Shown here: positions 52,298 through 62,168 of the stretch, piece after piece
How positions within the stretch are numbered: the stretch's first letter is position 1
How the letters are laid out: each line of letters opens with the position of its first letter
DNA from: an uncultured Acidobacteriota bacterium
GTDB lineage: Bacteria; Acidobacteriota; UBA6911; RPQK01; JAPXNP01
Length of the DNA stretch: 64,000 bases
Assembly: GCA_963777605.1 (NCBI GenBank)
Contig: CAVZRV010000007.1
Coordinates: 160,001-224,000, forward strand
Direction: 5' to 3'
Program-made: the position numbers and the translations under genes
The notes under the pieces: generated by a model
The model's database searches: none
What the model saw: only the letters and a program-made list of their open reading frames with translations
Told to the model about the DNA's origin: nothing

Positions 52298-52527
52298 GGC
52301 CGGTTCGGTCCGGTCTCAACGGGAAAACATACTCCATCCTTCAAAGCAGAGTCAAAATCAGGCTGATTCCAAAACGCCCACATCGCCCACTGCTATGTTT
52401 AAAAATAGCGCTTCAATTATGACAAACGTGAAAATTTTTCACATCCTGTGGATTTTGGATGTGGAATTACCGTGACATTCTCTGCTTTCGACCAATTCTC
52501 GCAGCGGATTTTCACTAATCAATCCAG

Positions 52528-52546
52528 TTGCACACATTTTGTGCAA
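52528..52546. promoter_or_regulatory. palindromic operator/enhancer candidate
   Basis: TTGCACA-CATTT-TGTGCAA perfect inverted repeat; second palindrome GTGAAAA-T-TTTTCAC at 52428-52442. Confidence 0.5.
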
Positions 52547-53152
52547 ATTGGACAGAGGCATTTTTCTCTTGGCCACTCCGCAGATGCTGCCTAGAATCGA
52601 AATTGTCCCAAGGGGTAGACGCAAAAGAGGTTGGAACCCCGAAGGCAGTCTTCCTGGCCAGGTTTCTCGAAGGCTTTGTTTCGCGACGAAGCTGCTGAGG
52701 GGTCAACTTAGGCTGGGAAGACAACGGGATTGGACTTGTCCTCTTTCCGAAACACCTTCGAAATGGCGTCCCTGGCAATTGGTGCTGTTCCGTGGAATGG
52801 GCCATACCTTGACCACGACGGGCCTTTTGTCAGACCGGCAGGTTGATGGCACCTTGAGCCGCCCGCTTCGGCTGGATGTTGAGGTTGTCGGACTTGCCGG
52901 GCGAGGTGAGACGGTTTCTCCGGGAAACTTGACTTGCCAAGCAACCAGGCGCACCGACCTTGAGCGAATATCACTTGGGACAATTCTTTTCTCCGGTAAG
53001 AAACCTTAGAAAGCCTGCTGAGCGACACGTTTCCCTTGCGCGTTATCATCCCGACCCCAATTTTCACCCAGTGAATAAACCCCGAGAAGCGGGAAGGTCG
53101 GGGAGGTCTTGAAACGTTGCCGGCGCAGTGCGAAACTGGCAGCCACAACGTT

Positions 53153-53935
53153 ATGAAGAAAATCTACGTCATTCTCGTCGTCCTCCTGGCTCTCTCAATC
53201 ATAAATACAGTGCCCGGTCAGGCACCCCAAGCTCATAAGAAGCGCCTGCTGGCGGTGGGGATGTCGGAAGGCTGGCAGCACGACTCCGTTTCCGACGCGC
53301 TCGCCACGCTGTATGAACTGGGACAGGAGACCGGTCTCTGGGAAACTTACATAAGAACCGACACCCAGTTGATCACCAAGAAGGAACTGCCGATGAACGG
53401 CAGAAATCTGGACTACTTCGATGCCGTTTTCTTCATGACCACGGGGGAACTCCCCATGAATGACGAACAGAAGGCGGCACTCCTTTCCTTCGTTCGCGAC
53501 GACGGCAAGGGATTCCTCGGCGCGCACAACGCGACAGACACGTTCTACCAGTGGCCCGAGTACGGCGAGATGATCGGGGGCTATTTTGACGGACACCCCT
53601 GGAACCAGTTCGAGGCCACGATCAAGGTGCTGGACCACAACTTTCCGGCGACCCGGCATTTCCCGGACACGTTCAAAATCTACGATGAGATCTACCAGAC
53701 CAAGAACTTTGACCCGGACAAAGTCAGAGTGCTGATGACCCTCGATACCAGCAAGCTGGACATGAAGCGGGACGGGGTCAAACACTCGGAGATTCCGATC
53801 ACGTGGGTTCGCTCCTACGGAAAAGGCCGTGTCTTCTACTGCGGACTCGGGCATCCTCCCGCAGTCTGGCAAAGACCCGATATCCGGACGATGTGGACCG
53901 AGGCCGTGAAGTGGGCGACGGGGATCACCAGGTAA
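53153..53935 (+). CDS. secreted ThuA-like domain protein
   Basis: GWQHDS, FDAVFFMTTGEL, GFLGAHNATDT, GGYFDGHPW, DEIY, YGKGRVFYCGLGH. Confidence 0.85.
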   Translation: MKKIYVILVVLLALSIINTVPGQAPQAHKKRLLAVGMSEGWQHDSVSDALATLYELGQETGLWETYIRTDTQLITKKELPMNGRNLDYFDAVFFMTTGELPMNDEQKAALLSFVRDDGKGFLGAHNATDTFYQWPEYGEMIGGYFDGHPWNQFEATIKVLDHNFPATRHFPDTFKIYDEIYQTKNFDPDKVRVLMTLDTSKLDMKRDGVKHSEIPITWVRSYGKGRVFYCGLGHPPAVWQRPDIRTMWTEAVKWATGITR

Positions 53936-53970
53936 CTGTACGACTCGCCGATTCGGATATCATAGCTCCA

Positions 53971-54588
53971 ATGCGAAAGGTCTTTTCTTATCCATTGGCT
54001 GCTGCTCTTTTCGCAGTATCGGCCGGCTGGGGAACTGTCCTGGCCGCTAAGTACGAAATCAAGGATCTTCCCGTCCGACGTGCTGCCGAGTACCCTGCGC
54101 ATCAGGATTTCCAGAGTCTGGTCATCGGTGCTGATTGCGGCAATACGCTGGAAAAGAGCCAGGAGCTTTTCGACACCGACAAATTGCTCGAGAAGGGCTT
54201 CATGCCGGTTCTCCTGGTTATTGAAAATAACAACACATTTCCGGTCCAGGTCCTGGGACAGCACGTCTATCTCCTTGATCCCGACGGCACACGAATCGCT
54301 CCGGTCCCATACCTCGAAGTCCTCCTCGCGGTAAGTCTCAAGAAACCGGTCGCCGCGTATGCCGCCAAGAAGGACTTGCACAAGATCGTCAAGAAGGAAA
54401 TGATGCAGGACTTCGAACGCAAGGCCTTTGGCGAGAAACTCATTCCACCCGGCGCTTCCGACCAGGGGATTCTTTTCTATCCCCTCCCCGACCGAGGCGA
54501 CCTGCGCGGATACCGCCTCTACCTGCCGGAGATCCTGGATTTTTCCAAGAATGAGCCGCTGATATTCTTCGAATTCGATGTTCAGTGA
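53971..54588 (+). CDS. hypothetical secreted protein
   Basis: Signal peptide MRKVFSYPLAAALFAVSAG; co-oriented with its neighbours. Confidence 0.7.
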   Translation: MRKVFSYPLAAALFAVSAGWGTVLAAKYEIKDLPVRRAAEYPAHQDFQSLVIGADCGNTLEKSQELFDTDKLLEKGFMPVLLVIENNNTFPVQVLGQHVYLLDPDGTRIAPVPYLEVLLAVSLKKPVAAYAAKKDLHKIVKKEMMQDFERKAFGEKLIPPGASDQGILFYPLPDRGDLRGYRLYLPEILDFSKNEPLIFFEFDVQ

Positions 54589-54618
54589 GTTCGAAGTTCA
54601 CCAGTCTGCCGAAACTCG

Positions 54619-55893
54619 ATGCCCAAGCTTGATTTGCCACATATTACATTTACCGAGTACCAACTGGAAAACGGACTCCAGGTAGTCCTTGCGCCTCGCA
54701 ACCGGGTGCCGTTGGTTCACGTGAGTCTTCATTACCGGGTAGGCTCCAGCTACGAAACTCCCGGCATGTCCGGATTTGCCCATCTCTTTGAACACATGAT
54801 GTTCCAGGGGTCCGCGAATGTCGGGAAGAACGAGCACGGCCTCCACATCGACCAGATTGGTGGGCAATGGAACGCGTCGACGAACAAGGACCGCACCAAC
54901 TACTACGAGACGGTTCCGTCCCACTGCCTCGAGCTTGCCTTGTGGCTCGAAGCCGATCGGATGAGGTCTCTCTGCGTTACGGAGGAGAATTTCGAGAACC
55001 AGAGAATGACGGTAATCGAGGAGAAGAAGCAGAACTACGACAACCAGCCCTACGGAAAGGCTCACCTGCGCTTCGATGAACTCGCCTACTCGAACTGGGC
55101 TTACGCTCATTCGACCATCGGATTGGAAGAGGACCTGCGTCGCGCTACTCTGGCCGACGCGCAGGCCTTTCACCGCACCTACTACGGTCCCGGCAACGCA
55201 GTCCTGGTGGTTGCGGGAGAGTTCGACGAACTCCACGCCCGGGAACTTGTCCGCCGACACTTTGAACCGATAGAAGATACCACGGCCCCGCAGCATCCCC
55301 TCCTCTCTGAACCCTTGCGGGATGAGGAACGCTACGAGGAGATGGTTGACCCGCTGGCCGCGCTCCCTGCGGTCGCCAGCGGGTATCAGATGCCCTCTCT
55401 GGGCAGCCCCGAGTACTATGCCCTGTCCTTGCTGGCACTGGTCCTGGCCGATGGGGATTCATCCCGGTTTTACCGGCGCTTCGTCTACGACAACAGCTGG
55501 ATTACCGGTCTCTTTGCCGGGCCAAATCAGTACAAGGGCCCTGAAATCTTCAGAATTTGGTTCCAGGTTCGCGAGGATGTCACTCCGGAGGTGATCTCGC
55601 ATGCCGTGGATGAGGAACTCCACCGGATTGCCACCGACCGGGTTTCAGCGGAAGAGTTGGAAAAAGCCCGCAATCAGGTTGAACACCGTTACGTGAATCG
55701 CCTTTCCAGGGTCTCCCAGATCGGCGAACTATTGGCTCGGTCGGCCTCCGTTTTCGAGGACCCGGCAGCGGCGAATGAGCAACTGGAACTACTGATGTCC
55801 GTTTCAGCGGAACAGATAAGGAACACGGCTGCTGTGGTCTTTCAGCCCGCCAATCGAACCCGAATTCTTGTCATACCGGGAGGAAACTCATGA
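54619..55893 (+). CDS. M16 family zinc peptidase, catalytic subunit
   Basis: LENGL, GFAHLFEHMMF (HxxEH), NASTNKDRTNY, LEADRM. Confidence 0.92.
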   Translation: MPKLDLPHITFTEYQLENGLQVVLAPRNRVPLVHVSLHYRVGSSYETPGMSGFAHLFEHMMFQGSANVGKNEHGLHIDQIGGQWNASTNKDRTNYYETVPSHCLELALWLEADRMRSLCVTEENFENQRMTVIEEKKQNYDNQPYGKAHLRFDELAYSNWAYAHSTIGLEEDLRRATLADAQAFHRTYYGPGNAVLVVAGEFDELHARELVRRHFEPIEDTTAPQHPLLSEPLRDEERYEEMVDPLAALPAVASGYQMPSLGSPEYYALSLLALVLADGDSSRFYRRFVYDNSWITGLFAGPNQYKGPEIFRIWFQVREDVTPEVISHAVDEELHRIATDRVSAEELEKARNQVEHRYVNRLSRVSQIGELLARSASVFEDPAAANEQLELLMSVSAEQIRNTAAVVFQPANRTRILVIPGGNS

Positions 55894-57239
55894 TCGAGCG
55901 GCCACCTGCTCCCGGCCCTGTCTCCGAAGTGGCATTTCCGGAAGTCAAATGGACCCAACTACCTTCGGGGCCGTCCTATGCGGCAATCAGCGATCACCTG
56001 CTGCCCCGCGTCAGCGTTCTGGTTGGGATCCCGGTTGGCAGAGTGCACGACCCCGAACCGTTCGAGGGCCTCGCGGAACTCTCCGGAGGCACGCTCAAGG
56101 AGGGAACTCGCAACCACAGTTCCCGTCAAATCGCCGAGATCTTTGACAGAAAAGCGATCAGTTTCAGCGCTGAAGTGCTGCGTGAATACTCTATCTTCTC
56201 ATTCAGCTGCCTGAAGGGCCAATTGCCGGCTGCCCTTGAGATCTTCTCGGAAGTCCTGACCGAGCCGGTATTCCCGGAAGTCGAGTTGGTCAAAGCAAGA
56301 GCCCGGTGGCAGAGCATACTGCTCGCCCAGAGAGCAGACGCAGGGTTTCTCGCCAGCGAGCGCTTCGTGAAATTGCTGTTCCCCGGGCACCCTTACGGGA
56401 GAGTCGCGCCGACGGTGGCCCAACTCCAGGAATTGACGTCGGCACGCGTGAACGCCTTTTACAGGCAGTCCTTCCCTCAGCCAGGAAGCAGGGTTCTCTT
56501 CGCAGGAGATATTGCTCCCGGGGAATCTCAGGATCTGGCGCTCAGCGGTTTCGGATCCTGGACGAACCGCCCTGCACTTGCATCCCGGTTTCCAGAAGCA
56601 CTGGAAAAGACCCCCAGGGTTGCCGTAGTAGATAGACCCCACTCGGCTCAGGCCCGGCTGGCGGTGGGAATGCGTACATTGGCGCGGTCACATGCCGACT
56701 TTGACCGGCTTCGTCTGGCTAACCAGGTCCTGGGTGGCGGCGCAAGCGCTCGACTGTTCCTCAAGCTGCGCGAGCAGAAAGGGTACAGTTACGGGGTTTA
56801 TAGTTCACTCCGGGGTTATCGTCAGGATGGCTTGATGCAGGTCAGTTGCGCCCTGCGCGCCGACAAAGCAGGCGAGGCCGTGTCAGACATCCTCACCGAA
56901 ATGAAGGGATTGGAAGAACACCCGCTGGACATAACCGAACTCGACCGCTGCAAAGCCGAGATCATCGGCTCATTCCTTCGCCGCGTCGAGACGCCGGCAT
57001 CGATCGCTTCACTGGAGATTGCCGGAGCAATGGCCGACCTCCCGCAAGGGTACTATCGCAGCCATGTGACCCGGATACAGGGCGTCACTCCCGGGGACGT
57101 GAAACACGCGGCAATGAAACACATCCGGCCGGAGACCGCCACCATCGTGGCCGTCGGCAAGGCCGACGAACTGGAAGCACAGCTCCGGGAGTTCGGCAAC
57201 GTCGCCGTATACGACTCAGCCGGCAACCAGGTTCAGTGA
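55890..57239 (+). CDS. M16 family peptidase, non-catalytic partner subunit
   Basis: No HxxEH; LGGGASARLFLKLREQKGYSYG; ATGA overlap with the preceding gene. Confidence 0.88.
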   Translation: MIERPPAPGPVSEVAFPEVKWTQLPSGPSYAAISDHLLPRVSVLVGIPVGRVHDPEPFEGLAELSGGTLKEGTRNHSSRQIAEIFDRKAISFSAEVLREYSIFSFSCLKGQLPAALEIFSEVLTEPVFPEVELVKARARWQSILLAQRADAGFLASERFVKLLFPGHPYGRVAPTVAQLQELTSARVNAFYRQSFPQPGSRVLFAGDIAPGESQDLALSGFGSWTNRPALASRFPEALEKTPRVAVVDRPHSAQARLAVGMRTLARSHADFDRLRLANQVLGGGASARLFLKLREQKGYSYGVYSSLRGYRQDGLMQVSCALRADKAGEAVSDILTEMKGLEEHPLDITELDRCKAEIIGSFLRRVETPASIASLEIAGAMADLPQGYYRSHVTRIQGVTPGDVKHAAMKHIRPETATIVAVGKADELEAQLREFGNVAVYDSAGNQVQ

Positions 57240-57252
57240 GCAGGGAGAAATA

Positions 57253-57573
57253 ATGTCGAAAGAAGAACACTATCTGAGGGGAATGGATCTTTTCAGCGAG
57301 GATCGCCTTGATGAAGCAGCGGCGGAACTCGACAAGGCCCTTGCGATCGACCCCTCCTACCCGGATGCCCTTCACGCGCTCGCAATGACTCACTACCATC
57401 GCGGAGACCTGGACCAGGCCGTCGAGTTCGGTGAACGCCTGCGCCGCGTCGACCCGGGCAATATCCATGCCTACACCAGCCTGTCCATGTTCTACAACGC
57501 CAAGGGATTCATCGCCAAGGCCGAAGAGATGGGTGCGGAAGCCAGCCGACTTGCCGATTCCGAGCAGGCGTAG
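57253..57573 (+). CDS. small TPR protein
   Basis: ALAIDPSYPDALHALA, DPGNIHAYTSLS. Confidence 0.8.
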   Translation: MSKEEHYLRGMDLFSEDRLDEAAAELDKALAIDPSYPDALHALAMTHYHRGDLDQAVEFGERLRRVDPGNIHAYTSLSMFYNAKGFIAKAEEMGAEASRLADSEQA

Positions 57574-57590
57574 GGAAGTTTCAAGCCAGG

Positions 57591-58388
57591 TTAGTTCTCG
57601 TCGTCGCGGGCATCCAGGGATAGGCCGGGGCCGGTATTGAACCCGGAATCGACGTAGTGAATTTCCCCGGTGACCCCACCGGCCAGGTCGGATACCAGGT
57701 AAACTGCGCTATTTCCAACCTCCTGAATCGACACATTCTTGCGCAGCGGGGCGGCCTTCTCGTAGCTTCCCAGGATTCCGCGAAAACCACTGATTCCTGA
57801 AGCCGCCAGCGTCTTGATCGGGCCGGCGGAGATGGCATTGACTCGAATCCCGTCGGGGCCCAGATCGGCAGCCAGGTACCTCACAGAAGCCTCCAGGGCA
57901 GCCTTTGCCACTCCCATGACATTGTAGTTCGGCATCGTGCGGACCGAACCGATATAGGTCAGAGTCAGTACCGACGCACCTGGCTTCATCAGGGGGCGGG
58001 CTCGGCGAGCCAGTGCCATCAATGAATAGCACGAGATATCCATGGCCAGGTGGAAATCAGACCTGGCCGTATCCGAGAAACGGGCTCGCAGGCTGGACTT
58101 GTTGGCAAACGCGATTGAGTGAACCAGGAAATCGAGTTTCCCCCACTTTTTCTCGACCGTCGAGAAGAAGTCATCGATCTGCTGATCGCTCGTGACGTCA
58201 AGCGGTTCAACGAGTTCGACTCCGATCTCTTCAGCGAGCGGACGGACCCTCTTTTCGAGGGCCTCCCCAAGGAAATTGAATCCCAGGGTCGCACCTTCCC
58301 GAACGGCCGCCTGCGCAATCCCCCAGGCGATCGATCTGTCGTTCGCCACTCCGAGAACCAGGCCCCTTCTTCCTTCAAGCAGTCCCAT
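57591..58388 (-). CDS. fabI: enoyl-ACP reductase
   Basis: [43 protein letters not shown]. Confidence 0.95.
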   Translation of the reverse strand: MGLLEGRRGLVLGVANDRSIAWGIAQAAVREGATLGFNFLGEALEKRVRPLAEEIGVELVEPLDVTSDQQIDDFFSTVEKKWGKLDFLVHSIAFANKSSLRARFSDTARSDFHLAMDISCYSLMALARRARPLMKPGASVLTLTYIGSVRTMPNYNVMGVAKAALEASVRYLAADLGPDGIRVNAISAGPIKTLAASGISGFRGILGSYEKAAPLRKNVSIQEVGNSAVYLVSDLAGGVTGEIHYVDSGFNTGPGLSLDARDDEN

Positions 58389-58394
58389 ACTCGA

Positions 58395-59426
58395 TCAACT
58401 CCCGGAAAGGAGTTCGTTTACCCTTTTCATTACGGCGAAGGCGTCAGCGACATATAGTACGTCCGCTTTCCCCTGCGCCCAACCGCAGTTTGGATTGGTG
58501 TTGATCGCCCTCCGCTCGTTGATGAAACGCCAGCCAACAACGTGCGGTTCCTCTCCGTGGCAGCAGGTTGAGAGACCCTTGGGATGACGGGGTGTCGCCC
58601 CGGTCTGCCCGATCTGGTTCAGGTGGGTCATGAAAGAGAGCACCTTTTGCCCCTCCCCGGCCAGATCGACCATCGACTTGCTGCCCCCCAGCGAAGCCTT
58701 CGACAATTCCAGGAAACCTCGGATCAGTTTCTCCGCGTCATCGACGTGGGAAGCACCGTCGGGTTGACGCTTCGTCCAGCCGGCCCCGGCTACAAAGAGC
58801 AGTTCGGCATCGGGACGAATCGTCTGCTCGCCGGCAGGCGGTTCGAGGATTTCCTTCACCTGGGTCTTACGGGCTTCGTTCGACAACTCAACCGGGATCC
58901 GGGTGACCTCGGCCGATGCCGGGGCCCCCTCGAACGGAGAAAGGATGCCGGGATCAACGATGATGAACCAGGGGCGCTGATCCCGAAGCAGGACTCCCTT
59001 CATACGCTGCCGGTAATACCAGCGCGTGATCTGGAGCTTTCCGTCGTTCCGGTCAAAGCCCGAGACGTGAGTATCGATTTTGCCGCCAACCCGAAAGGCG
59101 GCTCCCGGAAGAGCTCGGCTCAGGCGAGAAGAACCCACCGCGACAACATAGTTGGGCTCCGTCGCCTTGCAGATGGCTTCGATAGCCGCCACGTCGGTCG
59201 AGTAGCGGGGCTGGTCAAAATCACTTCCATCGACTGCCACAATCTGAACAGCTCCGGACGAAGCAACCTCACCGGCAGCTGCGGTCGCGTCACCGCCAAC
59301 AATACCAATGACCAACTCGCCTCCGACCAGTTCAGCAAGGCTCCGGCCACCCGTGACAGCCTCCAGGCCAGCCTTGGGAAGGGCACCGTCGGACTGAGTT
59401 GAGATGACTACCAGTATGCGATCCAT
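58395..59426 (-). CDS. electron transfer flavoprotein alpha subunit (divergent)
   Basis: ETF N-terminal domain; FVAGAG, LGGSK, QIGQTG, AINTNP, ADVLYVAD. Confidence 0.8.
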   Translation of the reverse strand: MDRILVVISTQSDGALPKAGLEAVTGGRSLAELVGGELVIGIVGGDATAAAGEVASSGAVQIVAVDGSDFDQPRYSTDVAAIEAICKATEPNYVVAVGSSRLSRALPGAAFRVGGKIDTHVSGFDRNDGKLQITRWYYRQRMKGVLLRDQRPWFIIVDPGILSPFEGAPASAEVTRIPVELSNEARKTQVKEILEPPAGEQTIRPDAELLFVAGAGWTKRQPDGASHVDDAEKLIRGFLELSKASLGGSKSMVDLAGEGQKVLSFMTHLNQIGQTGATPRHPKGLSTCCHGEEPHVVGWRFINERRAINTNPNCGWAQGKADVLYVADAFAVMKRVNELLSGS

Positions 59427-59441
59427 GAACGATTCTCCTAT

Positions 59442-60251
59442 TCAGCTTCCCCTGACCCAGTCCACGATTTCCATTGCCACGTCGTCCACCGAGGCGTCCT
59501 TGACGATTCGCGTGTTCCGCCGCTGCTCGGGCAGGTCCACGCTCGCGAACGATCTCCCGTCAGAGGAGAGCTGAACGGTCCGGGCCTTTTGCAGGGCCGG
59601 CATAACGCTCCGCATGTTCATCATTCCAACCTGAGGATTGTTCGGCGGCTCGGGAAGATGCCCGGTTGCCCATCCAACCGCGATCGGTGGAGCACTGCAG
59701 ACGGAAACCTGGTGTTTGCCTCCCTCGACCCGCTCCAGGAGCCGAAGGGACCCGTCTGCCTCGACCGTGATCTCGTCAACTCCCTGAAACTGGTTGATGA
59801 TCCCCAGGCTTTCTCCGACCATCTGAATGGTGGTGCCGGAGCCGCGAGAGGCCGATTCCCAGCCTCCGAAGAGAAGAACGCGCTCCAAGTCCAGCCCGGG
59901 AATTCCCTTGATCGCCTCGGCAAGCACAGCTGCCACTTCAAAAGACTCTGTGAATCCACCCGCCGACCCGTCGACTGCAACCAGTTCGAACGGTACTTTC
60001 TGCCCGACGCTCATCATCAACTGCTGCAATTTGCCCTTCGGCCCGAGGGCAACCCAGAAGAGCTTGCTGCCGGGAACTTTCCGGACCAGGCTGGCCCCTT
60101 CATACAGCGCGTGTGCAGCCCACGGGTCCAGGACCGAGGGCAACATCATTTCATTTTTCAGCGCAGGCCCCGCAGGACCCATCACCGGCTCCAGCGTCTG
60201 CAACGGGTCGGGGACCAAGCTTCCACAAACAACAATTTGATATCCACTCAT
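59442..60251 (-). CDS. electron transfer flavoprotein beta subunit (divergent)
   Basis: IVVCGSLVPD, LDPWAAHALYE, FGGWESASRGSG, ERVEGG. Confidence 0.78.
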   Translation of the reverse strand: MSGYQIVVCGSLVPDPLQTLEPVMGPAGPALKNEMMLPSVLDPWAAHALYEGASLVRKVPGSKLFWVALGPKGKLQQLMMSVGQKVPFELVAVDGSAGGFTESFEVAAVLAEAIKGIPGLDLERVLLFGGWESASRGSGTTIQMVGESLGIINQFQGVDEITVEADGSLRLLERVEGGKHQVSVCSAPPIAVGWATGHLPEPPNNPQVGMMNMRSVMPALQKARTVQLSSDGRSFASVDLPEQRRNTRIVKDASVDDVAMEIVDWVRGS

Positions 60252-60293
60252 CACAATCCACCCAATTTTGAATTACCGAGCGAGCAGCGGACC

Positions 60294-62165
60294 TCAGTTC
60301 TCAACGGAGTGTAGCCCACCCGACCCGGCTCGGAAGTCGATATTCGACTGCCGTCCACCGGCCGGCCGGGAACAGTTCCAGAGGCAAACACCGCAGTGAA
60401 CACACTTTTCCCGGTCGAACCGGACACCCCCTTCAGGGTCTCGCTCGATGGCACGGCCGGAACACATTTCAACACAAACCTTCTCACCACAAGAACGACA
60501 GACCTCGGGGTAAAGAAAAACCACGTGATCGGCATACCCCGGCGTTGCCTGAACTTTGCCGCCCATGAGCAGCGCGTCCTGCTGCGAAACAAGCAACTTG
60601 CCATCAAATGGGATCGCGGGCCAGCCCGCTCGTTCCATGAGCGCGTCGTGGAGAGGAACGCCCTTCTTCTCTGCCTCTTCGCGCAGTCGGCCGATCTCCT
60701 CAGCAGGAATTCGCTTGCTGTAGAACTCCTCCGAGGAAGCAAACCGGTCCTGCGGCCGGATGATCTTCCCAGGCATCGCCAGGCGCCCTCCGCTCATCCC
60801 GGCCAGGGCCATGCCGATCATACCGCTCAGGAAGCTTCGGTTGAACCCATCCCTGGAACGCTCGGCAACTCGCCCCTCCTGCTCAATCCAGCTCGCCCGA
60901 CGCCGCTGGACATAGGTCCGATCGAGATCTTCCCGGGTGAACGGTCGGCCGGACTCCACCAACTCGATTACCGCTTCGGCGAGCAGCTTTCCGGTAGCCC
61001 AAGCTTCGTCAACGCCGGAACCGGTCAGAACATTGGTGCTTCCCGATCCCTCTCCAATTCGGGCGTAGCCGTTGCCGACAAGGAAGGGCTCTCCTCTCCG
61101 CCCGGATTCCTGGAGCGACTTGGCTCCCCAGGAGCGAATTGTCCCGTCTTTGAGATAGCGCCAGAAATAGGGATGCATCATCCAGTACTGGAGGTACCGG
61201 TAGGAAGTCCGGGCCGGATTATCGAACCAGGAAGGAACAAAAACGCCCACCGAGGCCAACTGCTCGGTGTGCATGTACATGAACCCGAAGATCTCGGGCT
61301 CTGGATACCCGAAAGTGTGGAAGACCGTTCCCCGCTTGAGGCCAACCGGTTCGGGCAACTCAATCACCATCTTGGCGCCAACGGCCCATTCCGTCTGATG
61401 GTTCCCTTCCGGGATCCCGAAGTGCTCGTCCAGTTGACGCCCTACTGCCCCCACCGGGCCATCACCGACAACAGTCAGGCCCGCCTTAACGTCCATTCCG
61501 GGCATGAATCCGTCGGAAGGCATACCCTGCTTGTCCGTACCCTGGTCCACGAGCCGTATCCCGGCAACGGAGTCACCGTCGATCAGAGGCCCCTTAACCG
61601 GACTGGCAGGCCAGAGGGAAATCAGCCCGGACGACATGACGTCACTTCCGACCCAGTTCATGAATTGCCCGAGGGACAGGATCAGGCCACCTTCCTTGCG
61701 CAAAAAAGGGGGCAGGTAAGGCAGCTCAACAGCGCGCTCTTCATACCAGGGAAGCCACTTGAGGGCTCCCAGACAGCGATCCGCCAGTCGCAGGCTGAGA
61801 GGCCTCCGACTCGCTCCGATCGGGTCCAACAGGTAGAGGACCTTCTCCGCCATTATCGGAGAAGCCAGGGGAATCTGGTCAACCTCCAATTCGGGATAGG
61901 TCTCATGAATCGATCGGGCCCGCGACGCTACCCCTGAGACGCCGAAGGCGAGGTCGTCAGCCCGCTCGTAGCAGGCGACCTGAAGGGGCATGCCCGGCAT
62001 CACCCGGCTCTCGAGACGAGGAGTCCCGTCCGGATTCATGAGCGCCCGAGACAAGGTAGTCAAAAACCCCGCTGTTGCCGGGCCGAAGCCGACACACGCC
62101 ACATCTACTTCGAAGCTGAGACGGTCGGTTTCGACCTCCTCGAGTTCGGGAAGAGTATCAATCAT
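60294..62165 (-). CDS. ETF:quinone oxidoreductase / FixC-FixX-like flavoprotein with C-terminal Fe-S domain
   Basis: VGFGPA, TVVGDG, YRYLQYWMMHP, GAKSLQESG; CRSC...CVEMC...CVHCGVCLWNC. Confidence 0.85.
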   Translation of the reverse strand: MIDTLPELEEVETDRLSFEVDVACVGFGPATAGFLTTLSRALMNPDGTPRLESRVMPGMPLQVACYERADDLAFGVSGVASRARSIHETYPELEVDQIPLASPIMAEKVLYLLDPIGASRRPLSLRLADRCLGALKWLPWYEERAVELPYLPPFLRKEGGLILSLGQFMNWVGSDVMSSGLISLWPASPVKGPLIDGDSVAGIRLVDQGTDKQGMPSDGFMPGMDVKAGLTVVGDGPVGAVGRQLDEHFGIPEGNHQTEWAVGAKMVIELPEPVGLKRGTVFHTFGYPEPEIFGFMYMHTEQLASVGVFVPSWFDNPARTSYRYLQYWMMHPYFWRYLKDGTIRSWGAKSLQESGRRGEPFLVGNGYARIGEGSGSTNVLTGSGVDEAWATGKLLAEAVIELVESGRPFTREDLDRTYVQRRRASWIEQEGRVAERSRDGFNRSFLSGMIGMALAGMSGGRLAMPGKIIRPQDRFASSEEFYSKRIPAEEIGRLREEAEKKGVPLHDALMERAGWPAIPFDGKLLVSQQDALLMGGKVQATPGYADHVVFLYPEVCRSCGEKVCVEMCSGRAIERDPEGGVRFDREKCVHCGVCLWNCSRPAGGRQSNIDFRAGSGGLHSVEN

Positions 62166-62168
62166 GCC

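Noticed and set aside
50530-52422. 630-aa plus-strand ORF
   Set aside because: Antisense shadow of the TolC gene caused by GC-rich codon bias; no motifs
52439-53148. Several short overlapping ORFs in the TolC-ThuA gap
   Set aside because: They conflict with each other, lack RBS or motifs, and the region looks regulatory
60396-61937. 513-aa plus-strand ORF (likewise 18591-19994, 29421-30680, 30680-32059, 10119-11120, 14587-15630)
   Set aside because: All lie antisense to well-supported genes and lack recognisable domains
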